From an uncultured Lishizhenia sp. (GTDB taxonomy: Bacteria; Bacteroidota; Bacteroidia; Flavobacteriales_D; Crocinitomicaceae): a stretch of 35,032 nucleotides of DNA. Under the pieces are notes generated by a model. It did no database searches. It saw nothing but the letters and a program-made list of their open reading frames with translations, and was not told the origin of the DNA. Positions 25,333 to 33,967 of this stretch are shown one piece after another. Within the stretch, counting starts at the first letter, position 1; each line of letters opens with the position of its first letter. A program made the position numbers and the translations under genes. The stretch spans positions 6,255 through 41,286 of the forward strand of contig CAZHPL010000001.1 of NCBI GenBank assembly GCA_964534495.1. The letters are read 5' to 3'.

Positions 25333-26750
25333 TAGGAAGATCCGAACAAATTCAAATGATGCAACATGCTTTGCGACTAGAAAAATCTTCGTTTATTGCT
25401 ATAACTGGCAGAAGACGTGTTGGAAAAACCTTTATAGTTAGAGAGATTTATAAAGAACATTTTTGTTTTTCGGTAACAGGAATTCAAAATGCAACATTGA
25501 CTATACAAATCGGAAATTTTCTTCAAAAACTTCAGGAATATCAAGGTGGAGGAGTGTCGTTGAAGGGAATCAAAACTTGGCAAGACGTGTTTTTTCAATT
25601 CAAAGCCTATTTAAAATCGCTTCCATCGGATAGGAAACAAGTGATTTTTATTGATGAATTACCTTGGATGGCCAATTCAAAATCTGGATTTATCACTTTT
25701 TTGGCGCACCTTTGGAATGACTATTTGTCACAGGAAAAACACTTTATCTTGGTTGTTTGTGGTTCAGCGACTTCATGGATAACGAATAAAATCATCAACG
25801 ACAAAGGAGGTTTTCACAACAGAGTGACCATTCCTATTCACTTGAAACCGTTTACTTTATCCGAAACCAAACAATTTTTTCAATCCAAAAACATTGAATT
25901 CACAGACAACGGAATCGCTGAAATTTACATGGCTTTGGGTGGTTTGCCGTATTATTTAGAGCAAATTAATAGAGGTGAAAGTCCCTCAAAAGCAATAGAG
26001 CGATTATGTTTTGATCCAAATGGAATTTTAAAAAGAGAGTATAACAATTTGTACAAAGCACTTTTTGATAATTGGGAAAAGCATGAGTTGATTGTTCAGC
26101 ATTTGGCTCAATCTCAAAAAGGGTTAACTCGAAAAGAGATTTTGGCAAAAACCAATATTAGTGCAGGTGGCAATTTTAATCGAACAATGAATGATTTACT
26201 ATTAACGGATTTTATTTCGGAATACCCGCCATTTGGAGCAAAAAAACGTGAAGGAGTTTTTAAGTTAACGGATGAATTTTCAGTTTTTTATCATCGATTT
26301 ATGAAAGAAAATGAAAAAAAGGATGCTTCCATTTGGACGATTTTAGCGCAATCACAAGCCTATAAAATTTGGAAAGGATATGCCTTTGAAGCGCTTTGCT
26401 TGAAACATATTTCCGAAATCAAGAAAGTGTTGGGTATTGCAAATGTATATACCGAAACAGCAGGTTTTTTTAAAAGTAAATCCGTTGAATCGGGCTTTCA
26501 AATTGATTTGATTATTGATAGAAAAGATGCAACCATCAATCTATGCGAATGTAAGTTTTACGAAAGCAGCTTTCAACTAACGAAAGAATATGCAGACGCA
26601 CTCAAACGTAGAAAAGCAGCATTCAGAGCCGAAACAAAAACGAAGAAAATTATTTTTAACACATTGATAACCAACGAAGAAATAGTGTCAAATGCGTATT
26701 CAAACGAAATGCTCGATCAAATTGTTCAATTAAGTGATTTGATGGTTTAA
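25329..26750 (+). CDS. AAA-type ATPase (archaeal-ATPase/COG1672-like) fused to a C-terminal DUF234 / PD-(D/E)xK nuclease-like domain
   Basis: Walker A ITGRRRVGKT and Walker B QVIFIDELPWM. The C-terminal FQIDLIIDRKDATINLCECKF fits a D...E-x-K restriction-endonuclease-like motif. I prefer the start MIGRSEQIQMMQ at 25329 over the track start at 25287, which lies within the repeats. Confidence 0.85.
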   Translation: MIGRSEQIQMMQHALRLEKSSFIAITGRRRVGKTFIVREIYKEHFCFSVTGIQNATLTIQIGNFLQKLQEYQGGGVSLKGIKTWQDVFFQFKAYLKSLPSDRKQVIFIDELPWMANSKSGFITFLAHLWNDYLSQEKHFILVVCGSATSWITNKIINDKGGFHNRVTIPIHLKPFTLSETKQFFQSKNIEFTDNGIAEIYMALGGLPYYLEQINRGESPSKAIERLCFDPNGILKREYNNLYKALFDNWEKHELIVQHLAQSQKGLTRKEILAKTNISAGGNFNRTMNDLLLTDFISEYPPFGAKKREGVFKLTDEFSVFYHRFMKENEKKDASIWTILAQSQAYKIWKGYAFEALCLKHISEIKKVLGIANVYTETAGFFKSKSVESGFQIDLIIDRKDATINLCECKFYESSFQLTKEYADALKRRKAAFRAETKTKKIIFNTLITNEEIVSNAYSNEMLDQIVQLSDLMV

Positions 26751-26804
26751 GTAATTATGCACATTCAATTTAAACCTTTTCTCACCAAAGCTGTATTCAA
26801 ATCT

Positions 26805-29429
26805 ATGAAGTTCCAATTATTGATTTTTTCACTGTTTTTCCATTCGCTTTTCCATGCTCAATTACACGTCGTTCGTGATCCGATTTCTTGTGCTTATGGT
26901 TTGAAAAACGATGAAAACAAATGGGTGGTTTCTGCTCGATACCAAGAAATCACATTGCAACAAAATGGTTTTTTCACTATTAAAGAAGGTGATAAATGGG
27001 GGCTTCTCACCCGAAACGGAAAGCAATTTCTTGACCCAAGTTACGACCAGATTTACCAAATGACGCCCGATCGTTTTATGTTACAAAACCAAAAGACGGA
27101 TGAAGGCTATTATTTTCAAAAAAACATGGGGATAATGGATACGAACAAAAATTGGATTTTACCCCAAGAATTTAGTTCGATTCAATTATTGCCAAAAGAC
27201 CGTTACTTGCTCATGAAATCTAAGTATTCACGCATTTCTGGTCTTAAACATCAAACGGCTATTTCTAATCTTGATGGCAAAATTATTTTCCCATATATCG
27301 ATGGCGTTCTTTTATACAGAGAGAATGAACGAGAAATTTACTTGGCGGGCGATAACCAACTCAACAATTTTTCCCTTGCAGGTAATGTGCGCTTTTTGAA
27401 CCGAGAAGGAAAACCCATTTCTGATAGCACTTTTGATAAAGCTTCCCTCTGTGGGGAAAATTATACAGTGGTTAAAAACAATAAATTCGGTCTATTCACA
27501 GCAGAAGGACAAGCTATTGTTTGGCCTCGTTTTCAGTTTGAATTAAATATGTATGATTACAGTAGTTCATTACCTTGTCTGCATAGCCATCATCAGTTTA
27601 TTTTCACGGAAAACGGAAAAAAGGGAATTGTTAACGGCAGTTGGAAAGTGCTACTCGCACCAGAATATCAAAATTTAGTTGCTGTAAATAGTCAAGCGCA
27701 TCCGTATTCAACAGCGAGGTATTATGGGTATCGGAAAGAAAAAAACAGTTATGACTTAATTGATGTGAATGGAAAAGTGCTCTATGAGGCCGATTCTTTT
27801 TATGTCCGAATGTTGCGCGTTCCCAAAACAAATTATTATCAAGCAGATGCCTACAAAGTGTATTTTTTCTTCAGGAAACGTGAGAATAATCAAATGCGTT
27901 GGGGGATTTTAAATGAAAAAGCGGAAGTGTTGGTGCCACCTACCAATGCGGTTATAATTTTAACAAGTGAATTCGAGGCCTTGCTAGTTGAATCAACCGA
28001 TGCGAAAATCCCTAAAGTGAACGTTGTCGATTTAATGCAATCCAACTTTGGATCGCCAACGCAAGCTACATTTATCACTCAAATGGACGCGATTTTTCTT
28101 TTTCAAAAAGAGAAGCACTATTATTCGCTTTATTATGATGAGAAAGAACAAGCTTGGCAACAACAATTGTATGGTTACAACTCACCCAAAAAGTATGGAA
28201 ATCTCTTGTTAATTGCAGGAAACTTAGGAGGCTACATCTACGATGAAAGCAAACAGACCTACGAAAAAGTTAGTTCAATCGACTTGTTTAGTGGAGGTCG
28301 CCCCGTGGTACATAAAGACTCTAAAATGAATATTGTTCATGAACGGAGAGGTTTGTTATTCAAAGAGTATTATTCGAATATCAGTCAGCAATTTGCAAGT
28401 AAAAATCGCATCTGGGTGATGAACGAAAGTGGGAAATGGAAATTATTTGACACTACTGGAGTGCAACGTATTGCCGTTGAATTCGATGCGATTCCTTATG
28501 ATTGGGATAATATGCTAGCTAAACTCAATCAAAAAATGGGCTTACTCGATTCCGATTGCAATTGGTTGATTCGTCCTGTTTTTTCGGACTTGTTTCTCTT
28601 TACGAAAGATCTATACATAGGCATTACTTCAACAAAGAAAGTGGCAGTGATTAACCTAAACAATCCAGCTGTTATTGACACTTCAAACACAAGCTTTATT
28701 CCTTTGTACTATTCTGGAGACGGAAACGTGGTGTATTACAGCTTAGAAAAAAATGGCAAAACTACTTGCTATGATAAGGATGGAAAACTTGTGTCGCGAT
28801 CGAAAAAAGAACTATTGATGAGCTATTGGACGGAGGAAAGTAGTTATATGTTCTTTTACATTCAATGTGCTGAATATGCTCAAAAAGCAATTTTACAAAA
28901 CCATAAAGAATTGGTTTACAATTATTTTTATCCAACTTATTGGAGTCAAATCCAAGGAAACAAAAGTGCCGTGATAAACGGTGTAAGAGGTACGAGATAC
29001 GGTGAAAACAAATACTTCAAAGCAGAATTTGTTACTTCAAAAGCGCTAAGTTTATCCATTACTGAGCCACCAACAGTTCAATTGGATTATGGAAAAGGAG
29101 GCGGTTCAAATGGATATTTAGAAGTTTCTAATTGGGTTTTACAAGCAGGTGGAACTTATAAAAAAGTAGCGTATACAGACCTGTTCAATGCCAATAGTCC
29201 TTTTTATCAAAAGTTAATTGTGGAAGCCATTCAAGACAATCCTGAAATTAGAATTGATTGCAACAAACCTGATTTTTTGTTTAGTGGCGCACAACAATTT
29301 TCGCTTCACAAAGACGGAATCAAATTGTACTTTTTTGAAGGTCAATCACAAGCTTTTGAATTGATTTTAAATAAAACACAACTAGCTAAAATCCCAAGTG
29401 CGAAATGGATTTTGGGGTATTTGGAGTAA
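26805..29429 (+). CDS. secreted WG (KWG)-repeat protein with RsiV/DUF3298-like C-terminal region
   Basis: At least 8 WG-type repeats are present, including GDKWGLLTRNGKQFLDPSYDQI, KFGLFTAEGQAIVWPRF, MRWGILNEKAEVLVPP, GKWKLFDTTGVQRIAVEFD and KMGLLDSDCNWLIRPVF. The signal peptide MKFQLLIFSLFFHSLFHAQ supports a start at 26805 (track: 26757). The C-terminal domain call is tentative. Confidence 0.75.
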   Translation: MKFQLLIFSLFFHSLFHAQLHVVRDPISCAYGLKNDENKWVVSARYQEITLQQNGFFTIKEGDKWGLLTRNGKQFLDPSYDQIYQMTPDRFMLQNQKTDEGYYFQKNMGIMDTNKNWILPQEFSSIQLLPKDRYLLMKSKYSRISGLKHQTAISNLDGKIIFPYIDGVLLYRENEREIYLAGDNQLNNFSLAGNVRFLNREGKPISDSTFDKASLCGENYTVVKNNKFGLFTAEGQAIVWPRFQFELNMYDYSSSLPCLHSHHQFIFTENGKKGIVNGSWKVLLAPEYQNLVAVNSQAHPYSTARYYGYRKEKNSYDLIDVNGKVLYEADSFYVRMLRVPKTNYYQADAYKVYFFFRKRENNQMRWGILNEKAEVLVPPTNAVIILTSEFEALLVESTDAKIPKVNVVDLMQSNFGSPTQATFITQMDAIFLFQKEKHYYSLYYDEKEQAWQQQLYGYNSPKKYGNLLLIAGNLGGYIYDESKQTYEKVSSIDLFSGGRPVVHKDSKMNIVHERRGLLFKEYYSNISQQFASKNRIWVMNESGKWKLFDTTGVQRIAVEFDAIPYDWDNMLAKLNQKMGLLDSDCNWLIRPVFSDLFLFTKDLYIGITSTKKVAVINLNNPAVIDTSNTSFIPLYYSGDGNVVYYSLEKNGKTTCYDKDGKLVSRSKKELLMSYWTEESSYMFFYIQCAEYAQKAILQNHKELVYNYFYPTYWSQIQGNKSAVINGVRGTRYGENKYFKAEFVTSKALSLSITEPPTVQLDYGKGGGSNGYLEVSNWVLQAGGTYKKVAYTDLFNANSPFYQKLIVEAIQDNPEIRIDCNKPDFLFSGAQQFSLHKDGIKLYFFEGQSQAFELILNKTQLAKIPSAKWILGYLE

Positions 29430-29534
29430 TGTTATCTCGTTAATTCAATTTATCCCCCGCTCCCCACCTATTATCGGATTTGTTTTTATTTTAGTCGTGT
29501 AATCCATTACAGAAAAAGAACTTTGTAAAATCGA

Positions 29535-30245
29535 ATGATGAAAACTCAATATCCAAAACAGTTGAACGAACTAAAAACGTTATTGGACAGTTTCAGTGAA
29601 CGAGAGCTAAGCTGCGATCAACTCAATTTCACATTGCACGAAGAAGAAGAGCATGTACCTGTAAATCACTTTTTCTCAGACCCTGAAAATGTAAAATCCG
29701 AGTTTATTTGTTGGGGAGAAAAAGTGGCTGACAACCTTGTTTTGAGTTGGTTGGTTGATGGTAAAACGATTGAAAACGCACCCATTGCGATGATAGATTC
29801 CGAGCAAAGTCCAGTCGCTGTGGTCGCTAATTCACCTGAGGATTTCTTGAAAATATTACCTTATGGCACTTTTATAATTGGCTCTATTGCGGAGAACTGT
29901 TTGAAAAATTGGGCTGAACAAGAATACACAGATACTTATTTCGAAGAATATTTGAATAATGAGATTAAAAAAGCGGGCAATGAAAATGATTTTGCGTTGA
30001 ATGAACACTTAGAAATTGCAAAAATGTACGGCGACACTTTTACCCTTGAACGTCCAAAAGAAGAGCTAAGAGTAGAACTAGAACTACAAGGAAAAGCCTA
30101 TCTCGAGCTCATCAATTGGTATAAAACGAATGAAATTGAAATTGCTAAAAACCCATTTACAATTATCAAAGAAGCAGTAACAAGCTACCCCAATTTCTTC
30201 GATCGTGCATTTGAATTGGGTCTTCCTTTTCAAAAATGGGATTGA
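29535..30245 (+). CDS. hypothetical cytoplasmic protein, N-terminal SUKH (SMI1/KNR4)-like pattern
   Basis: 236 aa, acidic, no signal peptide. APIAMIDSEQSPVAVVANSPEDFLKIL resembles the C-terminal SUKH motif (..d....pV....A.s.e.FL). It is the first gene of the same-strand array. Confidence 0.6.
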   Translation: MMKTQYPKQLNELKTLLDSFSERELSCDQLNFTLHEEEEHVPVNHFFSDPENVKSEFICWGEKVADNLVLSWLVDGKTIENAPIAMIDSEQSPVAVVANSPEDFLKILPYGTFIIGSIAENCLKNWAEQEYTDTYFEEYLNNEIKKAGNENDFALNEHLEIAKMYGDTFTLERPKEELRVELELQGKAYLELINWYKTNEIEIAKNPFTIIKEAVTSYPNFFDRAFELGLPFQKWD

Positions 30246-30691
30246 TGGCTAAGTCTTTAACAGTTCTAATTACCCAATTAAGTAAAAATCAACCAACTGA
30301 AAATCAAGTAAAAACAGCCATTGAAACCTTGTTTGAAAAGTTTGAAACACAAGAAAGAGGGGGGATTTACACAACCGAAGGCATGCCCATTTACCAATTT
30401 TTGATGCGCTTTTTAGAAGAAAATAACTTAGCTGAGCAAGCCGAAATCATACTCAAAAACGATTCGGATTTACAAAAGTTAAAAGCGCGAACGCAAGAAA
30501 AAATGCAGGAATTATTGCTATTTATTGCTAAAAGCAGCAAACGCAAAGCCAATTTGGTAGTGGATGGTGAATATTATAATTTGAATTGTAGAAATGCAAA
30601 AGATAGCCAATACAATAGTTTGTTAATCATTACTAACATGATTGATCAAGTAATTGAAAAACAACTAGGATTGCTGATAACTAGAAAGTAA
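30236..30691 (+). CDS. hypothetical protein
   Basis: 151 aa. An alternative start at 30245 (MAKSLTV) shares one base with the upstream TGA (TGATG). No recognisable motif. Confidence 0.6.
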   Translation: MGLMAKSLTVLITQLSKNQPTENQVKTAIETLFEKFETQERGGIYTTEGMPIYQFLMRFLEENNLAEQAEIILKNDSDLQKLKARTQEKMQELLLFIAKSSKRKANLVVDGEYYNLNCRNAKDSQYNSLLIITNMIDQVIEKQLGLLITRK

Positions 30692-30692
30692 T

Positions 30693-31034
30693 ATGGGACA
30701 ACTAGGAATTGCTGGAAACATACAAATGAATCGAATAAATGATGATTTTGCAAACAAGCTTCAACGATTTTTTAATGCTTCATCACTTAATCCTTGTCCA
30801 GAAGTTTTTGTTCCTGATGATTTTGATGAGGTAGAAATTGAATGTGAAAACTTTGGGATTAGAATTTACCGAGATAATGGGAATGGATTTTTATTTTCAG
30901 GTATATCCAATTTAACTTTAGAAGAAACAAAAACAATTCTACAAACATTTCTCCGTTTTTTAAGTAAAGAAAAACTCACCTTTTTATGTGAAATAAGTGA
31001 TGAATTACAAGACTATGAAATTCGTGCAAATTAA
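30693..31034 (+). CDS. hypothetical protein
   Basis: 113 aa and acidic. The ATG lies 1 nt after the upstream TAA (TAATATG). Confidence 0.55.
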   Translation: MGQLGIAGNIQMNRINDDFANKLQRFFNASSLNPCPEVFVPDDFDEVEIECENFGIRIYRDNGNGFLFSGISNLTLEETKTILQTFLRFLSKEKLTFLCEISDELQDYEIRAN

Positions 31035-31045
31035 ATGAAACAAAA

Positions 31046-31519
31046 ATGGAATTAAATCCACCTTTCAAAGAATTCAAATTTGGGCTGCAAAAGTCATATA
31101 GCTTTTACAATGATCTGCAAAATGCAAGCGAGCATCAAATTCACGAGTCAATGAGCAGCATCGTGCAAGCTACTTTTGGAGAAACTGAATTTTTAGTTGT
31201 TGGATATTGTGATGGGTTTAACGAGTTTTTTGTCGATAAAAGCAATCTTGTAAGTGCAGTTTTTTGCCTTGCCGTTGAAAATAGTAGTAAAGAACTCACC
31301 CAAGTAGCCGATTCTTTAGAGGGGCTTTATAAAATCTGTTCGGATATAAAACTTTTTTGGGAAGAACATCCTGGAAAACGCTTTTTGCCTAAAACCCCCG
31401 AAACAGTGGCTCGAATGAAACAAATAATGGCACATTTTAAAGAGTATTCTCCCAACTCGTATGCGCACTTTTGGCAAGAACATGCTATGGGAGAATTATT
31501 AATTGGGTTAGAATTGTAG
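31046..31519 (+). CDS. tandem paralog family member 1 (SUKH-like putative immunity protein)
   Basis: 157 aa. Shared family blocks are LNPPF.EF.FG, FLVVGYCDGFNEFFVDKSN, LTQVADS.EGLYKICSDIK, FLPKTPETV and YSPNSYAHFWQEHAMGELLIGLEL. Confidence 0.7.
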   Translation: MELNPPFKEFKFGLQKSYSFYNDLQNASEHQIHESMSSIVQATFGETEFLVVGYCDGFNEFFVDKSNLVSAVFCLAVENSSKELTQVADSLEGLYKICSDIKLFWEEHPGKRFLPKTPETVARMKQIMAHFKEYSPNSYAHFWQEHAMGELLIGLEL

Positions 31520-31522
31520 ATT

Positions 31523-32011
31523 ATGGAACAAATAGAATTAAATCCACCTTTTGAAAAATTTGAGTTTGGAACTTTTAGATCATACTACTTATATAAGGAA
31601 TTTATGAATGCTTTAGAGGATAATTATTCTACTCATCATGCCATTAAGAATCTCATTTGCAACACTTTTAACAATGAGGATGCTTTTGTTGTAGGCAATT
31701 ATAATGGATTTCTAAGCTTTTATACAAAGGTACCAAGTATTCAGACTCCTGTTTTTGCTTATGTTAGTCATTCGAGTCGTTCAAAACTAACTCAAGTAGC
31801 TGATTCTGTTTTAATGTTATATAAAATTTGTTCCGAAATAAAACGTGTTAGAGAGGAATATAAAAATGTAGAGTTTCTCCCTAAAACACCCGAAACAGTT
31901 GACAAAATGCACCAAATAATAAGGGATTTTTCTGAATACTCTCCCAACTCGTATGCGCACTTTTGGCAGGAAAATGCTTTTGGCGAATTATTAATTGGTT
32001 TAGAAATATAA
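31523..32011 (+). CDS. tandem paralog family member 2 (more divergent)
   Basis: 162 aa with the same blocks (LNPPFEKFEFG, LTQVADSVLMLYKICSEIK, FLPKTPETV, YSPNSYAHFWQENAFGELLIGLEI). It starts 3 nt after the copy 1 stop. Confidence 0.7.
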   Translation: MEQIELNPPFEKFEFGTFRSYYLYKEFMNALEDNYSTHHAIKNLICNTFNNEDAFVVGNYNGFLSFYTKVPSIQTPVFAYVSHSSRSKLTQVADSVLMLYKICSEIKRVREEYKNVEFLPKTPETVDKMHQIIRDFSEYSPNSYAHFWQENAFGELLIGLEI

Positions 32012-32013
32012 TT

Positions 32014-32495
32014 ATGGCACATTTAAAATTAAATCCCCCTTTCAATGAGTTCATATTTGGGCGGCAAAAGTCATACAGCTTTTACAATGATTTGCAAAAT
32101 GCAATCGAGCATCAAATTCAAGAGTCTATGAGCAGCATCGTTCGAGCTACTTTTGAAGAAACTGAATTTTTAGTTGTTGGTTATTGTGATGGGTACAATG
32201 AATTTTTTGTCGATAAAAGCAATCCAGAAGGAGCAGTATTTTGCTTCTGTGTTCAAAACAGTGAAATAGAACTCACCCAAGTTGCAGACTCTGTAGAAGG
32301 ACTTTATAAAATCTGTTCGGATATAAAACTTTTTTGGGAAGAACATCCAGGAAAACGTTTTTTACCTAAAACGCCTGAAACAGTTGCCAGAATGAAACAA
32401 ATTATGGGAGATTTAAAGAATATTCTCCAAACGCCTATGCTTTTTTCTGGCAAGATCATGCTATGGGTGAGTTATTAATTGGATTAGAATTGTAA
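32014..32495 (+). pseudogene. tandem paralog family member 3, frameshifted near the 3' end (or a homopolymer sequencing error)
   Basis: The real start is ATGGCACATTTAAAATTAAATCCCCCTTTC at 32014. Relative to copy 1 (CATTTTAAAGAG), copy 3 reads GATTTAAAGAA at 32410-32420, so one T is missing. The +1 frame then encodes FKEYSPNAYAFFWQDHAMGELLIGLEL and stops at 32493-32495. The annotated frame ends aberrantly at 32478. Confidence 0.75.
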
Positions 32496-32497
32496 GT

Positions 32498-32590
32498 ATG
32501 GAAAAAATTAAACTAAATCCTCCTTATAGAGAATTCAAATTTGATTCATCAAGTAATTTAAAAACAACATGGATTGCTGATTTCGGCTAA
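32498..32590 (+). pseudogene. truncated fourth copy of the paralog family (30-codon N-terminal remnant)
   Basis: ATG at 32498 gives MEKIKLNPPYREFKFDSSSNLKTTWIADFG followed by a stop. It retains the family N-terminal LNPP(F/Y).EFKF block and then diverges and terminates. Confidence 0.6.
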
Positions 32591-32653
32591 GTGATAAGGA
32601 ACAATTTGAGCTGTATTTTTATACTATTTTTAATGTAAAAACATGAATAAACT

Positions 32654-33307
32654 ATGATAAATGAAATAAAAAATAAACTCGAAGCACTGGGAGCTACTAT
32701 CACAGATTTTAACATTGGAAATCCTGTTGATGATTCTTTAATAGAAAAAATTGAAAAGCAATTTAGTATAACGCTTTCCCAAGAAGTAAGGAGTTTTTAT
32801 AAACAACATAATGGCATTTCTATTTTTTGGGAAACGAATAACCAAGTTGCTGGCTGGATTAATATTTGGTCTTTGGAGAGAATGTTTGGCGGATACCATG
32901 CTACTGCTGATTCAGAATTGCGCTCCGACGCTTTGGAAGAATATTTTTGGCCAGAAGGTTATTATAAAGGTAGAGAGTTAGCATTTCGGAAGTCCCTGAG
33001 AATGCTGGAAGCTCACAATGGATTGGATTCTTCTACAGCCATTTCTTTCGATAAAAATGGTGAGGTTAAAGTCTATTATGTAAATCTCGATTCAGTGATA
33101 GAACTTCCCTTCACATTCGAAGAATATTGCAATTTTATAGAAATCACACTGGGAGTGGATGAAGCTCGGTATTACTTGCAAGAACCCGATTTTTACCAAA
33201 ACTCAATTTTCAATTTCCTCCCTGATTTAAAAAATTCAAACATAATTAATGTTGATGAATTAGACTTTTTAAAAGGCAGGAAACCTAAAGTGTTATTTGA
33301 ACGTTAG
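32654..33307 (+). CDS. SMI1/KNR4 (SUKH-1)-like protein, putative immunity protein
   Basis: 217 aa. IEKIEKQFSITLSQEVRSFYKQHNGISIFWE is the typical SUKH N-terminal pattern (the ligand-question motif followed by NG). The later block is AISFDKNGEVKVYYVNLDSVIELPFTFEEYCNFI. Confidence 0.65.
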   Translation: MINEIKNKLEALGATITDFNIGNPVDDSLIEKIEKQFSITLSQEVRSFYKQHNGISIFWETNNQVAGWINIWSLERMFGGYHATADSELRSDALEEYFWPEGYYKGRELAFRKSLRMLEAHNGLDSSTAISFDKNGEVKVYYVNLDSVIELPFTFEEYCNFIEITLGVDEARYYLQEPDFYQNSIFNFLPDLKNSNIINVDELDFLKGRKPKVLFER

Positions 33308-33347
33308 TCAAAATTTAAATATCTGAAAACTATAAAACCAAAATAAA

Positions 33348-33959
33348 ATGATAGAAAGAACAATTATAATGGAGGAAGCGAAATCACTACTTCACTCAAT
33401 TGAAAGTAACCCTAAGCTCAAGCTTATTAGTTACAAAGCACCCGATGCACAAGAACCGATGGTGCTTGAGCTGTTTTCTGAATCATATGGGACAAATTTA
33501 AAGAATACAGTTTATGGCTTATTCGATTGTTTTGTTTTAGAATGGGAATCTGTATTATCCGAACATAAACACCAAGGATACACTGGGAAAATTAATATTC
33601 AGGATATAGTGAGCCTTTATGGCAAACACTGGCAATTAAGCGATAATATTTTTGTTTTTGATTATTATGTTGAAGAAAGTTTTGCCTTTTTTGGTAAAGG
33701 CCCAGATAATGTATCCATAAGAAATTGGAGTGGTGATGAAGATGAGTGTCATTTGAATTTAGATACGATTGGTTATCTGAGGATGGCAATAGCTACCAAG
33801 GGATTTAGGTTATGGCAACACATGGTAATATCATTCAGGAAAAATGAAGTTGAGAGTTGTCCCATTTGCAAAGATTACATAGATATGATGCCTGAACTAT
33901 TTGATACTTATTTGAGCATTGATGAACTAAAAATACTTTATTCCAAAGTAAAAATTTAA
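33348..33959 (+). CDS. hypothetical protein, distantly similar in layout to the preceding SUKH-like protein
   Basis: 203 aa. FVLEWES...GKINIQDIVSLYG parallels ISIFWET...GWINIWSLERMFG of the upstream gene. No signal peptide. Confidence 0.55.
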   Translation: MIERTIIMEEAKSLLHSIESNPKLKLISYKAPDAQEPMVLELFSESYGTNLKNTVYGLFDCFVLEWESVLSEHKHQGYTGKINIQDIVSLYGKHWQLSDNIFVFDYYVEESFAFFGKGPDNVSIRNWSGDEDECHLNLDTIGYLRMAIATKGFRLWQHMVISFRKNEVESCPICKDYIDMMPELFDTYLSIDELKILYSKVKI

Positions 33960-33967
33960 TTAAAATC

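Noticed and set aside
28950-29429. C-terminal domain of the WG-repeat protein as the missing toxin for the downstream immunity-like array
   Set aside because: It has no nuclease, deaminase or peptidase-like catalytic motif. The pattern looks more like an RsiV/DUF3298-type domain, and a 105-nt gap plus a signal-peptide-dependent topology do not fit a C-terminal polymorphic toxin.
31963-32013. N-terminal extension of paralog copy 3 (track start 31963)
   Set aside because: The extension overlaps the 3' end of copy 2 in another frame. The family N-terminus (M..LKLNPPF) begins at the ATG at 32014.
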